The notes: generated from the letters alone by a model not told the origin. Positions 48,833 to 61,500 are shown, counted from the stretch's first letter. The stretch: 64,000 nucleotides of DNA from Penicillus capitatus (GCA_965649825.1 OZ287700.1:868001-932000), one strand, 5' to 3'. Numbers and translations: made by a program.

Positions 48833-49870
48833 TCAGTTCCGACGTCTTCTTTCGTTTCTTTCCTCCTTGCTCTTCTTATCCAACTGAAAAGCACCTCGGT
48901 GATTACCGTTGCCGAAAGATGAAAGGTGCTTACCAAGATGTACAGAATACGGAGGAAGATGTTAATGAAATCAAGCAGCAGCTCTGCGGCGCCATCGATC
49001 GGATCGACGTCTCCGGCAGACGCCCGTTCGACCATCATCTGCGAAGACAGAGCATGTTTTCTCACGAAAACGTCACATCACGTTGAGCAGTCATTGCCTG
49101 AGTGTCCACCAGGATGTAAACTGAGAAGAGGATGAGGCCAAAGTATGTCTCAGGCAAATGCGACCACGTGGAGCGACCGAAGATGGCAGAGCCAAAACTC
49201 CAAAAGGTCAAGGCCATCAATCCAGTAGAACAGAATCCTAGAATCAGCAAGGCATTCCACAGCTGTCTTCTTCAGATGGTCAGCCGTACCTGTGAGATAG
49301 AGCATGGAGCGTCGCTTGGCTACCAATGCCGCGGCAGAGAACGAAGCGAAAATGGTCAGTGTAGTGAAGAAGGCCATCAGGACGACAGATGGATAGGTGT
49401 CTATGACAAGGTTAATTGCCGGTCCAATAGACAGACCTTCCAAGAAAGAGAAAGCAGCAAACAAGCCCATCCTTTTTTTCTGTCGGACAGAAAGAGTGAG
49501 AAAGGAGTGAGGATAGAGGCACGAGACAAGGTTCTGCGGTATGGGCTGCACGGTCTTCATGCTGATGAGGCATCCTAAGCCGAGCAAAGCGGTCAGCATA
49601 CCCCCAATGTTCACCAATCCGTCCACGTAAACGCCCAAGGCGCAGACCATCATCGAAATCGCCAGAATGGCGTAGACCTGAGAAACGCATCGTCGGCTGA
49701 CTCTTTTGTCGACGGAACACACCTTTTGAACATGCTTCTGTACACGACGGTCCCTGAACGAACAAACAGTGAGCAACGCGTTAAAGGAATGTGTCGTCTT
49801 ACAGGTCTGTGAACTTCAACAAGGCATCCAAGGTCATGCCTCTCGTAGAAAGGTCGTTGAAGAACTGCAT
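48833..49870 (-). CDS. BI-1: Bax inhibitor-1, canonical copy B
   Basis: 7 exons; VQKHVQKVY, EGLSIGP, YILVDTQ|MMVERA, LLLDFINIFLRIL, basic C-terminal tail. Confidence 0.93.
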
Positions 49871-49969
49871 CGTGGACAAGAACAATGAAAATGACTCGGT
49901 GGAGAATCGATCGAAGAAAGACACGTTGTCCTGGATGTTACGGATGAGAATGATGATGGTTATTGACGT

Positions 49970-50042
49970 GCTCGTGTAGCTCAGAGGATAGAGCGGTCGT
50001 TTCCTAAGCGACAGGTCGCAGGTTCGAACCCTGTCTCGGGCG
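49970..50042 (+). tRNA. tRNA-Arg (anticodon CCT)
   Basis: GCTCGTG acceptor pairing with CTCGGGC (one U:U mismatch), D-arm TAGCTCAGAGGATAGAGC, anticodon stem GTCGT/GCGAC around TTCCTAA, T-loop GGTTCGAACC. Confidence 0.95.
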
Positions 50043-50121
50043 TCATGTCATACATAGCGATGCTGACGAAGCTGCCGTGCATTTTAAACGAGTCACTGTC
50101 AAAATCTGCGAACATCATTCG

Positions 50122-51232
50122 TTACACAACTGAATCTGGCTGTTCTTCGTCCTCGGCGCTCATTGCTTGACCATTCATCCCACTCAGACGCGCATCCAGC
50201 GCCTTCTGACCCCGCTCCCTGTAAAGAACCCCATCCATACATGTGGGTGAACGTTGCGATAGTGAGCACCTTCGCCGAGCTTGATCATTCGTGTCCTGCA
50301 GAGTGGGATGACCAGTGGATGGCGGATAGGCAGGAGTGCTCGGTTCTTTGTTCTTTATGTGGGAGACTTTCGAGCAGAAGACAGCGACAGCATTGGCCAT
50401 CGGTCTCAAGATTTCGGGGAAGAAGGAAGCGAAGTTGAAGGAAGGACTGGGATCTCCTTTGAGCTGTGTACGAGGATCGGTCTGGAAGAAGCGAAGGTAG
50501 AACCATCCAAAGTACGTACCGAAAAGGAGGAAGGGATAAAAATTCAATGGCCGGTAGAGCAATCCAATCGGCAAGCCCAAAAGCACATAGATGCTCGGCA
50601 GCCACTGCATCAGGAACATACACACCAGTAGACATCGACCATGTTCTCACCTCTGCTTTGATTTTAAAGACGTCAAAAAAGATGAGAACGTGATCCGGTG
50701 CCACTTGCTTAAAAGCGACCAGCATTGCCCCCAGCAGTCCATGAAATCCAGCGATTGGTGTGTAACTGCAAAAGAGTGAGAAACTCGCGTCATTCATTTA
50801 TGCGCATTGTATGCTGTAGGTACAGTGCCGAGACAGTGCGTCGGATGACAAAAGTGGTGTAGGCGACGGCGAAGGTGGCAAATCCAGTGACAGCGGCCAC
50901 TGCCAGAAGATACTTCAACAGCTCGAACGATCCATAGACTGGTTCAACAATCTGCCCCACGAACAGCAGCACGACGATATCGACCATCACCTAATGCTCT
51001 GTTTCGCTCAGCGTCTCAAGAGAAGGAGCATTTTCACTTCGAGCGGGTTCAGGACGACGAAAGAAGACGTCAGGCAACACCATATGGCGTAGGATGCTCT
51101 TCCTGGCACCAAGACGATATAGCGCTTGAGGTGAGGAGCGCATAGCGTCAGCAGATATCCAGAAAGGACGAGAAAGGACAGGGCCAACGAAAGGGGCGTA
51201 AACTGCGAGAGCGATTGACGCAGAGATTGCAT
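50122..51232 (-). CDS. TMEM115 / DUF1751 rhomboid-like membrane protein
   Basis: EPVYGSFELLKY, GFHGLLGAMLVAFKQVAPD, GTYFGWFYLRFFQ, KGDPSPSFNFASFFPE, RRRERGQKALDARL. Confidence 0.88.
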
Positions 51233-51283
51233 TCTGGCGTGCAATGGGTCAGAGGCGTTCATTAAAACAACGCTGTCGTACAA

Positions 51284-53090
51284 TTACTCTCTCCACCATG
51301 CATTCGGTCTCTCGTTATGTGTCTCGGAAGGATGGGCTTTGGGAGTGGCGCCAAACTCGTTGACGAGGAGGTCTCTGAGTTTGGGCCCCAGAATGTCTTC
51401 TTGCACAGGAATGCCAGTCTCGAACTCTTTTGCCAGTTGGGGATTCTCCCCGATCTTGCCGCCGAGGAAAATCTTGACGCCTTCGACTGCTTTGCCGTTC
51501 AGTTTTGCCGGAGCACCCATCAATCCGATATCACCCACTTGTGCCTGACCGCAAGAATTGGGACATCCAGTGAAATGAATTCGCACGCCTTTGGGGAAAT
51601 CGAGCTCAGATTCGAGCTTCTCAATTAATCTCATGGCGCGATTCTTTGTTTCGTAAAGCGCCAAGCCACAGAACTGGGAGCCTGTACACGAAACCAGATT
51701 CCGTTCTAACGGCCCTGGATCGATCCGGTACTTCTGAAAAAATGGCTCCTGCAGACAAGCGTCCACTTTGTCGCTTGGGATGTTAATGAAAAGAAGGTGC
51801 ATATCACACGTAATGCGTACAAAGCCGTCTCCATACTTCTCAGCAATCTCAGCAGCTTCAAAGAAGTCCATCGCTTGGAGACGACCCACAGGGACATGCG
51901 CTCCGATCCATTTCAAGCCTTCCTGTTTCTGATCATGGATGCCCAGGAGATCGCGTCTCTCCCAGGGATCCGCGTCGTGCACTTCCACAGCTCTCGGCAA
52001 TTCGAAACCCATTTTCTCGCCAAGCATCTCTCTGAATCGCTCCGTTCCCATCTCTTCGACCATCCAGATGATACGAGCCTTCTGTCGATTGCCACGAGGA
52101 CCGTGATCTCTGAAGATTTCCAGCAGGGCTTTGGAAAAGGGAACGATCTGTTCTTGGGTCACACTTGCATCGATGGGAAAAGACATGGTGTTGCGTTTGA
52201 TCGAAAAATACCCACCGATCAATACATTGAATCTCACATCATTGCTCAGAGGGTCTTTGACTGCCTCAAACGCAACGTCATTAATGTGTGTGTGCGGAAA
52301 ATCATCTCGGGTGCTGGAGACGCAGAAATTGATCTTTCGTGGCAGATTGGCCAATTCTGGATTGCCCTGATTGTTGTCCGTAATCATGGCCTGCAGCGCA
52401 TAGCAAATCGGACGTGTATCCACCAGTTCATGCGGATCCAGTCCAGCGATTGGATTCCCTGTCAAGTTACGCACATTGTCCATTCCCGTTTGAAAGGACG
52501 TCATGCCGACACCATTCAACTTATCGATGATGCCGGGCGCTGTCTCCATAGTCACCCCACGCAACTGGATCGCAGCACGAGTCGTGATATCGGCACATCC
52601 CTCCTGTCCAAACGGTTCGATACACTCTCCCAGGCATCTCAATTGCGCAGCCGACAGTTCACCATTCGGCACCTGTCACATCATCATGGGTCTTTACTTG
52701 AAAAGGCGAATGACATCCAACCTTGATGCGCATCATGAAGGTACCGGGAACGCGTTTTCGGCGATGGAAGAGTCCAGCCCATTTCATACGGATGTCGATG
52801 TCATCCAGTGCCAGCTCTTCCCACGTCGTCTTGCCTTCGCGGATGAGCTGGGAGAGCTCATACACTTCGGTCCACATACGCGAGCCGCATTTCTTCACTT
52901 TCACTTTCTCGAATTTATTGGCCTTAGGATTCGTCGCCTTCTCGCGCGCCTCATCCGAAAGATATCTCAATCCCGACACATCGACATCGATCTCATGTGA
53001 CGTCGCAGCACGACGCAAACGCGGCGCCTTCACACGGGAGCGATGTGTTTGCACACCGATGGGCACGGAGGAGAACAGAGCGAAGGCCAT
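51284..53090 (-). CDS. NII1: Ferredoxin-nitrite reductase, plastid-targeted, 2 exons
   Basis: DIRMKWAGLFHR, ADITTRAAIQLRG, NLPRKIN, siroheme/4Fe-4S motifs CTGSQFCG and TGCPNSCG. Confidence 0.97.
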
Positions 53091-53304
53091 GTCGATCGTG
53101 GAATAACGACGCGATGGTCCATTTGCGATTCGGCCCACATAAGTGGATACTGGAGACGACCATTGGCGCAGTGGACCATCGTCGAAGGGCCCCTTGTTCG
53201 CTGCACCTTTTGATGGGACGTCGTTTGCTCGACGCATCCATCATCCGTCAACTCAGGGTCCAATCGTCTCGAAATCAACGTCGAGGCGGCGGACGGAATA
53301 CGAG

Positions 53305-54990
53305 ATGTTATCGGAAGTGTGGGATGCTGTAAGCAACCGTGATGTCTCGTGCTGCCCGCCTCTCTTCCCTTTAGGGCGTACATGAACACTATGCTCGGGC
53401 ATTCGATCGATTCGAAACTTACATCCCGTTCCGCCCCACGGATCTGTGTCTCTTGATCATTCAGGAAGTGACATCGACCCAAGACAGGCGTTGGTTGGAA
53501 AAGGACATCGGAGCATTGGTCGAATTGAATCGCCGATTGGCCTACATCACGAAACTCATGTGACATGACTATCTATTGTTGTATGCCATGATCTGCAAGG
53601 GAATGGATGTATGTGATGCAGGGTGGCACAGAGATTTGACGAATGGCAAGATTCTTACGTCATGCTCGATCCTGATGTCGATGTCATTCTTCACGAATCG
53701 CATACGGAGAGAGGGTGAAGATGCATCCGTCTTACTGATGAGACGTCACATCCGTGGTGCGCTTAGTGACGAGAAGGAAAGACATAGCATCCGATTTCAG
53801 CAGAACTTACAGAAGGCGCTGGAGCATGGCGGGTTTGAGAAACTGACTGAACGAGATTTCGAAGAAGCGCTGAATGCTCGGTCGGTTTTGGGATTGGATG
53901 TGGCTCTGCCAAGCAAGACAGAAATCCAGACGGTCATGTTTTCAAGAGGCCGTCGTCTCACTACGGCATGACCACTGACTGCTCTCGTGCCTCCTCGGCA
54001 TCTCGGCACGCATCTTAGGTCGAAATCCCTGACTGGAGGATGCTGTGGCTGACGATGAAAGAAGTGGAGTTGAGGACGTATCAGCGCGTGGTGCTACTGC
54101 TCCAGAGAGAAGAACAGGAAACGAAGCACAGTTGTTTGGCACCGTATCTGCCATGGAATGCTGAACCGCCGTATCTGCCATGGAATGCCGAACCGTCCCT
54201 GTGCAAGGCGATCAAACCGGGAAAGATGTATTTTAAGATTTTTAAGGATATCGAAGTCAGCGATGTGGACATGCTGATCCCTGGATCGAAAGTGCAGTTC
54301 ACCAGACTGGATTTCATCCTGCTCGTGGTCCCGTTAATGGTGGGAATCATTTCGGCATGCTGGAAGGCAGCAAATGGAACATTGCATTTTGATACGGCAA
54401 CGCATACCATGACATCTACTTTCCTCGTTATTCTGCCATTGATCTATGCGACACGGGCTTACATTCAGTTCTGCCAGAAACGCAATGCCTATCAGTCCAA
54501 TCTGGTCAAGAAGCTTTCCCTTCAGACCATCGCTAACAATGCAGGCAGGGCGTATCTCTGCATCCCTTAAGGCTGAATGCCGTTTTCAGGTGCACTGACA
54601 GCCATTTTGGATGAAGTGGCCGATCAGGAGACCATGGATGTTTTGCTGGCCTATGCTTTCTTATGGAAAGGGCGACGCATTCCGCATGGGATGACACGTT
54701 CTCAGCTGACTAAAGAGATCGAAGCTTTTCTGAATGGCTTGCTGGAAGCACATGGTGTCGAAACGCAGATTGTTTTCAATGCACGAGGAGCCTGTGAACG
54801 GTTGGAGACGATGGGACTCTTTCAGAGATATATGGACTCGCCTGGAGAACCGTGGATGCAGGTTGTCGATAAAGACACCGCCCTGCAGAAACTATCCAGT
54901 GTTGATCTGACAAAGAGGCTGAGACAAGACAGTTTTGGATTCAAACATGTGACCCCCGAATATGAAGAACTGGACATTCATGTGTCTTAG
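53305..54990 (+). CDS. DUF3754 / TMEM143-like protein
   Basis: KIFKDIEVSDVDMLIPG, two TM segments, TIANNAGALTAILDEVADQETMDVLLAYAFL, IVFNARGACERLETMGL; start uncertain. Confidence 0.78.
54142..54195 (+). repeat. 27-bp in-frame tandem duplication (PYLPWNAEP x2)
   Basis: ccgtatctgccatggaatgc(t/c)gaaccg twice with one mismatch. Confidence 0.95.
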
Positions 54991-55229
54991 TTCCCTGCCG
55001 TTCTTATTTGACCCCTTCCAATACCAATTCGGCATTCTTGATCACACATTGTTGATTTCACTCAAAACATCGCTGCATTATGTAATCTATACCTGTACAT
55101 GCCTAAACTGGAAATCATTCAGGTTTGTCATTGTCTCTAGGGCTGGGGCGGGTTTGTATACAAGGACCGGTTTCTGAAGCTCGATTATGTGGTTTCTTCA
55201 TCGAATAGCCTTCGTGTTAGCTCGACTGT

Positions 55230-55445
55230 CGCTTGCAGGATAAGGTGTATTCCTTTCGTCTTTCTCGGTGTGCAGCAAAACCTGTACCCGTGCAAAGCGG
55301 TGAAGCGTCGAAGACAAGGCGTTGCAATGATAGCGATCCTATCTGTCGCCAGAAAATTGTGGAAGCGCCGTTAATGATCCTCTCTTCCAGTCATCTCTGC
55401 CGATTTAGAAAACCTGCTGCTCAAGATCATGAACAAGGATCGAAG
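55230..55445 (+). pseudogene. Frameshifted fragment paralogous to the C-terminal part of the 11-13 kb pseudokinase
   Basis: PVISADLENLLLKIMNKDRRQRI versus PVISADLKDLLHKMMEKNPTQRI; 2-nt deletion upstream; joined directly to the 9.9-10.3 kb-like segment. Confidence 0.75.
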
Positions 55446-56091
55446 GCAACGCATTAGAGCACAAAGAACGAAGCCCGTATTAAGGACATCCTTGACGGAT
55501 GAAGATTGTTTAGATGTTCGTTGCCTCCTGAGTGACCTCACAATGCAATAGATGACAAGAGCACTGAGATCGATGATTTCTCGGACGTCGCGAACACGTA
55601 TTGAAATGTTTAATCTCATATATGCGTTAACAGCACAGAAATCAAACATGGCCACATTCGACGCGACAATCCAAGATTCGAAGGGGACAGCTGATGCAAC
55701 ATATTTGCTTTCCTGCATCCCACGCATTCTTTTATTATACGAGACTGAATGCGCATGCTCATATCTGAACGATGGTGACATGCAGATTGCATTTGCGAAC
55801 CGATAACCATGTTTAATGGACAGCGACGAGCGAGAGCATACGAGGTCAAACATCCCTTGTCTTTCGAATTACGTCATTTGCTTTTATTCAAATGGATGTG
55901 GTATAGCGCATCCATGCCTGCAGACAATTACATGGATGTTGTCTTCACAATCACAATCACATCTCGAGGCTCGAAGCAAGAATGAAATAAAAAACGATGG
56001 ATGATGGATGAGCAGCGCAAATAAAAAACAACAACAAGAATTACGATCCCTCTTTCTTCCCCCATGTGTACGTTCCTTCAGAGCGAAGCAC

Positions 56092-56875
56092 TTAGCAAAT
56101 ACCTCCATCCTCCACCAGCGTACGGTTGTTCTGTTTGATGATCTGTAGACACAAAGAGATCGTGATAGCGTTGTAGAGAAATGGACCTTACGTCTTTCAC
56201 AATCTTGTTGACTGCCATATCGAATGGCAATGTCCCATTGCACTTTCTGCAGATGTCCGCGCCATTCTCGACCAGATGAATGACAACGCCAGCACAGTTC
56301 GGATCGTCTGTGGATGCGGCCACACACATTGGTGTATATCCATCATCATTCTCAAGTTCGACATCGGCATTGGCCTCCAAGAAGACCTGAACAAGGCAGT
56401 CTCCGGCAAACTGAAAAGCCAGACGAAGGTCGCACGTATGCCATGGGTGGAATGCATGCTGCCGCGGCGTCATGCAGCGGCGCGTTCTTCTTTGCGTCCA
56501 GCACATCGACCGAACAGTTCGGAGGTGTGTCGAGCATCAAATTGGCGTAGGCTACGGATTCGTATGTGGCGGCCATATGGAGGAGTGTTTTGTTTGTGAC
56601 CGGCACGAGGTCAGGGTCACACGTGCAGTTGCAAATATTGGGCGTCCCTCTCTTAATGGCGCGTCTAATCTTTCCTTCGTCGCGTTTGGCGGCAGCTTTG
56701 CAAAGACTTGCCGAACAGGAATCGGGATTGTCCGGGTTGGGCGGACGAGTTCTCGGACTTGCCGTGACTACAGTACGATAGATAGCGGTGGAATGCTTTC
56801 AAATTGGGGTGACTTACCTAAGCTCGTCGCCACGGCGAGGAACAAAACCAAGGCGCGGATGCGCAGGGAAGACAT
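56092..56875 (-). CDS. Small Cys-rich ankyrin-repeat protein with a signal-peptide-like N-terminus, 4 exons
   Basis: MSSLRIRALVLFLAVATSL|VTASP; TLLHMAA, APLHDAAA, EANADVELENDDGYTPMCVAA, LVENGADI. Confidence 0.82.
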
Positions 56876-58524
56876 ATCGCTTCTCGTTGCTGAAGTGGCA
56901 CGTCAACAAGGATGGAAAACTCGACAATACTAGAGGCCAATGTGAGAACTCTGTTACAGGTTGGCCTTTTGTATGTCAACGCAGACCGTTGCTACTAGGC
57001 GTCACGGCAACGACTGGCTCGGGCGTTAAATACAGCGGCTCCGTCGGAGAATTTTCAGAGCGAATTTCATATCGGCCTATCCGTATACTTACGATTGTTG
57101 TAACGTGATGTCCTGCTTCACCTTCCTATGTCAGTCAGGCCATGCCTTTGCTATTCATCCCATGCAGTTCATATGCTTTATTCAAGAAGAATGTTAACAA
57201 TTTACGCCAGAGAGTGACACAGCGACTGACAAATCGGCGGCACCCTCAGTCTTTGGAGCCTTTGCGAGCCGAGTGAAGAGGGCCTGAGATGTCAGAACAA
57301 TGTCTTTGTGCCTTCTCATTTGTTGGTCTACTTTATTCTGTAACTAACATGCGCTCTGTTCCATGAATGCTGATAGAAGCCGATAACGTCATTCAGTTCT
57401 GCCATTCGGACGCGACTCCCTCCCAACGAAAGTTTTATCGAAATCTCTGCAAGTATCTCAGTTGTCGAATAACAATGGCCTCAATTATTGAGCAAGCGTG
57501 AATTCCAGACACGGGATGGTAGTGGAGAACGGGTAGAAGATCTCGAGCGTTCTGAAGAAAAACTGAGAAATCTCTTCGTCATTTACAAGACGATGTACTG
57601 CAGGAATCTCGTATTGCAGCACTCAGATTCACTAATACAGGTGATTGATTCTGCTTCCGTCGGTGCAACCAGATAAGCAACAGTCTTCTGGCGGGATGAG
57701 CGGCAAAGCTGCCGGAATTTTCTCAGTCGTCGTATTCCATCTACGCAGCCTTCCAATGCCTGAGTTGCGAGAACACTACTGGGAGTGTCCCATTTCTTGC
57801 AACGGACGCGTCAGCGCTTCGGCTAATAAACAAAACTCATCGTACATACATCGATGTGCTCACTCTGGCGTCGAATCTGGAAACACATAGCTGCATTTCG
57901 GGTGGAGGTTGTTCGCTTTCAAGATCTAATGAACCTTGGTATATATCATGCATCCAATTGAAAATTCAAATTTTGCGAGTCCCCTAGGATTCTGGAATTT
58001 TAGCAATATCGCGCCGAGGCTCTCGTACAACTGCATGTTTCCAGTGAAAATCGCATCTGGAGCTAGAAAATGCATAGTAATGACATCACGTTCTTCAGCA
58101 GGCATCGATGGGATACCGCTTTTTTAACACAGCACAAACGTTGTAAGAGTATACAGATACGCCGGCGAAACGTCGTAATCAATAGGTCGATTAAAGTCAG
58201 AAGACCTACCTTGTAGGGAATAACGATTGGCTTCTTCGATCCATCCGGCATGGAAGCACCGCCACCACTTCTTTGGCCATACGTTTGGGGATTGAGGAGG
58301 GATGCATGAATACACGGCGTCGTCTCGATCGGGGCCATGCGTCGCAGAAAACTCTTCTTTCGTTAAAAGTGGGTATCCTAGCTACCCACTCACCCAATCA
58401 TACAGCATAACAGACACTTGCAAGTTCTTAGGCAAAATCATCATCTAATGTAAATCAAAGCGATAGAAAACTTAGCCGTCTGCTTCCTCAGCTCTTCGGC
58501 AGCAGACTTTTTCGCAATGGCGTT

Positions 58525-61500
58525 TCAGTTGGAATCGGAAAGGAGATCTTCCAAGGACTGGCGGCTTTTCTCCGTGCAGCGGTTTCGGTAATTTCGGCAC
58601 ATAACGCTAAACGGATTCCTTCCTTTCTTGTCACTGGCGTTCACTTCTGCTCCTTCGGCGGCCAGAAACTATTAATCACCATCTCACAAAAGAAGGAGTC
58701 ATAGGGGAAGACCCTGCCTCGGCGATCTCTGGATGACCGTGCTTTGATGCCTCGTGCAGTGGAGTCCATCCATTCTTGTCGGCAACATTCACTTGCGCTC
58801 CCTCTCTGATGAGCAGCTGAGAATATCAAGAGCATGAGAAAGGGGGTGGTGTTCGATGGACTGAGACGCACTCTTGCTATTTTGATGTATCCAGAATGTG
58901 CAGCAGCATACAATGGCGTCCGTCCGTTTTCATCCGTGGCGTCCACTTCTGCCCCTTCCTCAACGAGCACCTGTCAACCATGACAATTGAATTTGTGACG
59001 ATGCAAGGGTCTGTTGGAGTCCCACCTCGGCGATCTCCAATCGACCGTTTTCCGCGGCCGAATGCAGAGGCGTTATCCCGGTTTTGTCCGCCGCCGCCAC
59101 TTCCGCTCCGTTTGCAACGAACAGCTAAGAGCACCATTTGATCCATACGGCTACTATAGCTCGACGCACCTCGACGATCTCCAGCTGGCCAGCTGTCACG
59201 GCTGTATGCAGAACTGTCCAACCATTCTCGTCCTCGGCATCGGCTTCCGCTCCTTCTCGGATAAGCAGCTACAGATCATCAGCGATGAGATCAGACGTAG
59301 ATCTACGAGAATCGACGCGCCTTTGCCATTTCAAACTGTCCCTGTCTCGAAGCCACGTGCAGCGGCGTCCATCCGCTTTCGTCTCCTTCACCCGCATCGG
59401 CTCCGTTCGATAGAAGCAGCTGCCAAAACGCAAATCCGTTTTAGAAATCGTGACAGAATGAAGCGCACCGTGGCGAGTTTCAGATAGCCATTCATCACCG
59501 CCGAGTGCAACGGTGTCCATCCACTTTTGTCTGCTGCGTCGACGGCGGCTCCTTCCGCGATGAGCAACTGAGAATCGCACGCCATCGATGCAGCAACGCC
59601 CAAGAGTCGAGAATCTCACATTCGCGATTTCCAACTCTCCGTTGCCCGCTGCCACGTGGAGTGGTGTCCATCCTCCCTCGTCAGCGACATCTGCTCTGGC
59701 GCCTTCCTCGATGAGCAACTAACAACCACGCTCGTTCGCATGCGTTCATCCCGTGAGCGGATCGAGACACACTTGCACCATATCCAAGTGACCTCGTCGC
59801 GTTGCTGTGTGCAGCGTCGTCCATCCACCTTCAGCTACGGCACCAGCCTTTGCCCCTTCTTCGATCAGCAACTGCCGAACGACGCTGCATTTGACAGAGC
59901 GCCGCCTGTAACGAGATCCACCTTTGCGATCTCCACGTTGCCATTCAGCGATGCCGAATGCAAAGGTGTCCATCCGCTCTTGTCTGCAGCACTGACCTTG
60001 GCCCCTTCCGCGATGAGCAGCTGCGATGATCGTGCCTCAGTGCGTGTATTGCTGCAGTGTCCCCACCTTTACGATGTCGATGTGTCCGCCAAACACAGCC
60101 GAGTTTATCGGAGCGGAACCTTCTTCGTCTCTGGCATTCACAGCAGCTCCGTCTTCGATTAGAAGCTGCAAGACGGTTATTGACAACGGAAGCTGAATCG
60201 CCTGGGCTTGCCTGTGCAACACCGTAGTGTCCGTTTTGACAGGCAACATGCAAGAGACTCCTCCCCTCTTCGTCAGTGTTAGTCACATCAGCACCAGAGG
60301 ATATGAGAAACTAGAAGAAACAAAAGCACATGTCACATCTCCGTCATCGGCAAATGGACTGCAGCTGTAGGACAAGCAAGGAGGCCGTGATGTTTTTGTG
60401 CAACGTCGAACTCGGGACCGATTCGCGTTGGAAGACGAACGAACCTTTACTGTCCTCTCAGATCCCCTCCATGTAGCAACATACAGTGGGGTGACCGACG
60501 CCTTGTTCACCGAATCGATCTTCACCTCGTTGTTTACGAGAATCTGTGTACAGCGTATCATCTTTTAGCGATCGGAACGAGAGAGAGAAAGCGGCGAAAA
60601 TCTCATACCTCGGCACAATGGACAGAATCGTACGCAGCTGCTCTGTGTAGCAGACCGGATCCCTTTTCCAGCGGGTATTCGTCTCTACTTTTATTGTAGT
60701 ATCCTTCATCGACATCGACACCTGCCAACAAGAGTGCCTCTGCCAGAATTGGGTCGTTTCTTTCGACGACAGAAACCATCTCCTGCGCCATTTTGTGAGG
60801 GACAGGGAAAGATTTCGAGGCTGCCCACCAGGAACAGCTCGGTGGACGAGAGATCTCCAAGGCCTTCGCTGATCTCTGCAATTGCCGCATCTCTGCGCTT
60901 CTTTCTCTGGGAATCCTGTTCGACGATGTAGCGCGGAAGAATAAAGTACGTGATCGCACTTCAGCCTTTCCTTTGATGACAAGCGATATCCATTTCGAGG
61001 AAAATGCAACGCCTGTGTGAATCCCGGGTGTCTCTATGTCACATACGTAGGATCCGTCTTTCGTCTGTTGACCAGCAGAGAAGACACCGACGACCACATC
61101 GCGTGAAGCATCTCCTTTTGCCATACTGCCACGCAAGTCATCCGCCACAATCAGAGGACCTCCGATGTCTCCTAGAACCGATTGTTCGCTATCTGGTTTT
61201 GTGATTGTATAGAAGGCATCTTGGACAACTCACCCAGGCAATCCTTTGAATTGGCGGGTGCTGCACAAATCGCATGCTCCTCCAGTTCAGTATCGAAGAT
61301 ATCCTGACAGTCCTCCAATGGTGCAGATGTCAAGTGATGCATCATCTCCTCGACGGTGACCGGTTTTCCAGCATCATCGAAGCTCAGTCCAAAGGCGACG
61401 AAGTCGACACCTTCGAGGGAGCCTTTCTTATCGAGTCCTGGAATCGAAGCATCGATGTCTCTGTTTAACTGAAGCATGGCGATATCAAAAATCCCGTCGA

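Noticed and set aside
51797-52726. 309-aa plus-strand ORF
   Set aside because: Antisense shadow of the nitrite reductase exon; no recognisable motifs.
57000-58450. Short ORFs between the two ankyrin genes, and likewise at 29480-30230 and 62400-63100
   Set aside because: No recognisable motifs or consistent splice model; left unannotated.
58640-59720. Apparent stops and frame changes in the ankyrin ORF track suggesting a pseudogene
   Set aside because: All resolve once the regular phase-0 introns are removed; each exon is 99 nt.
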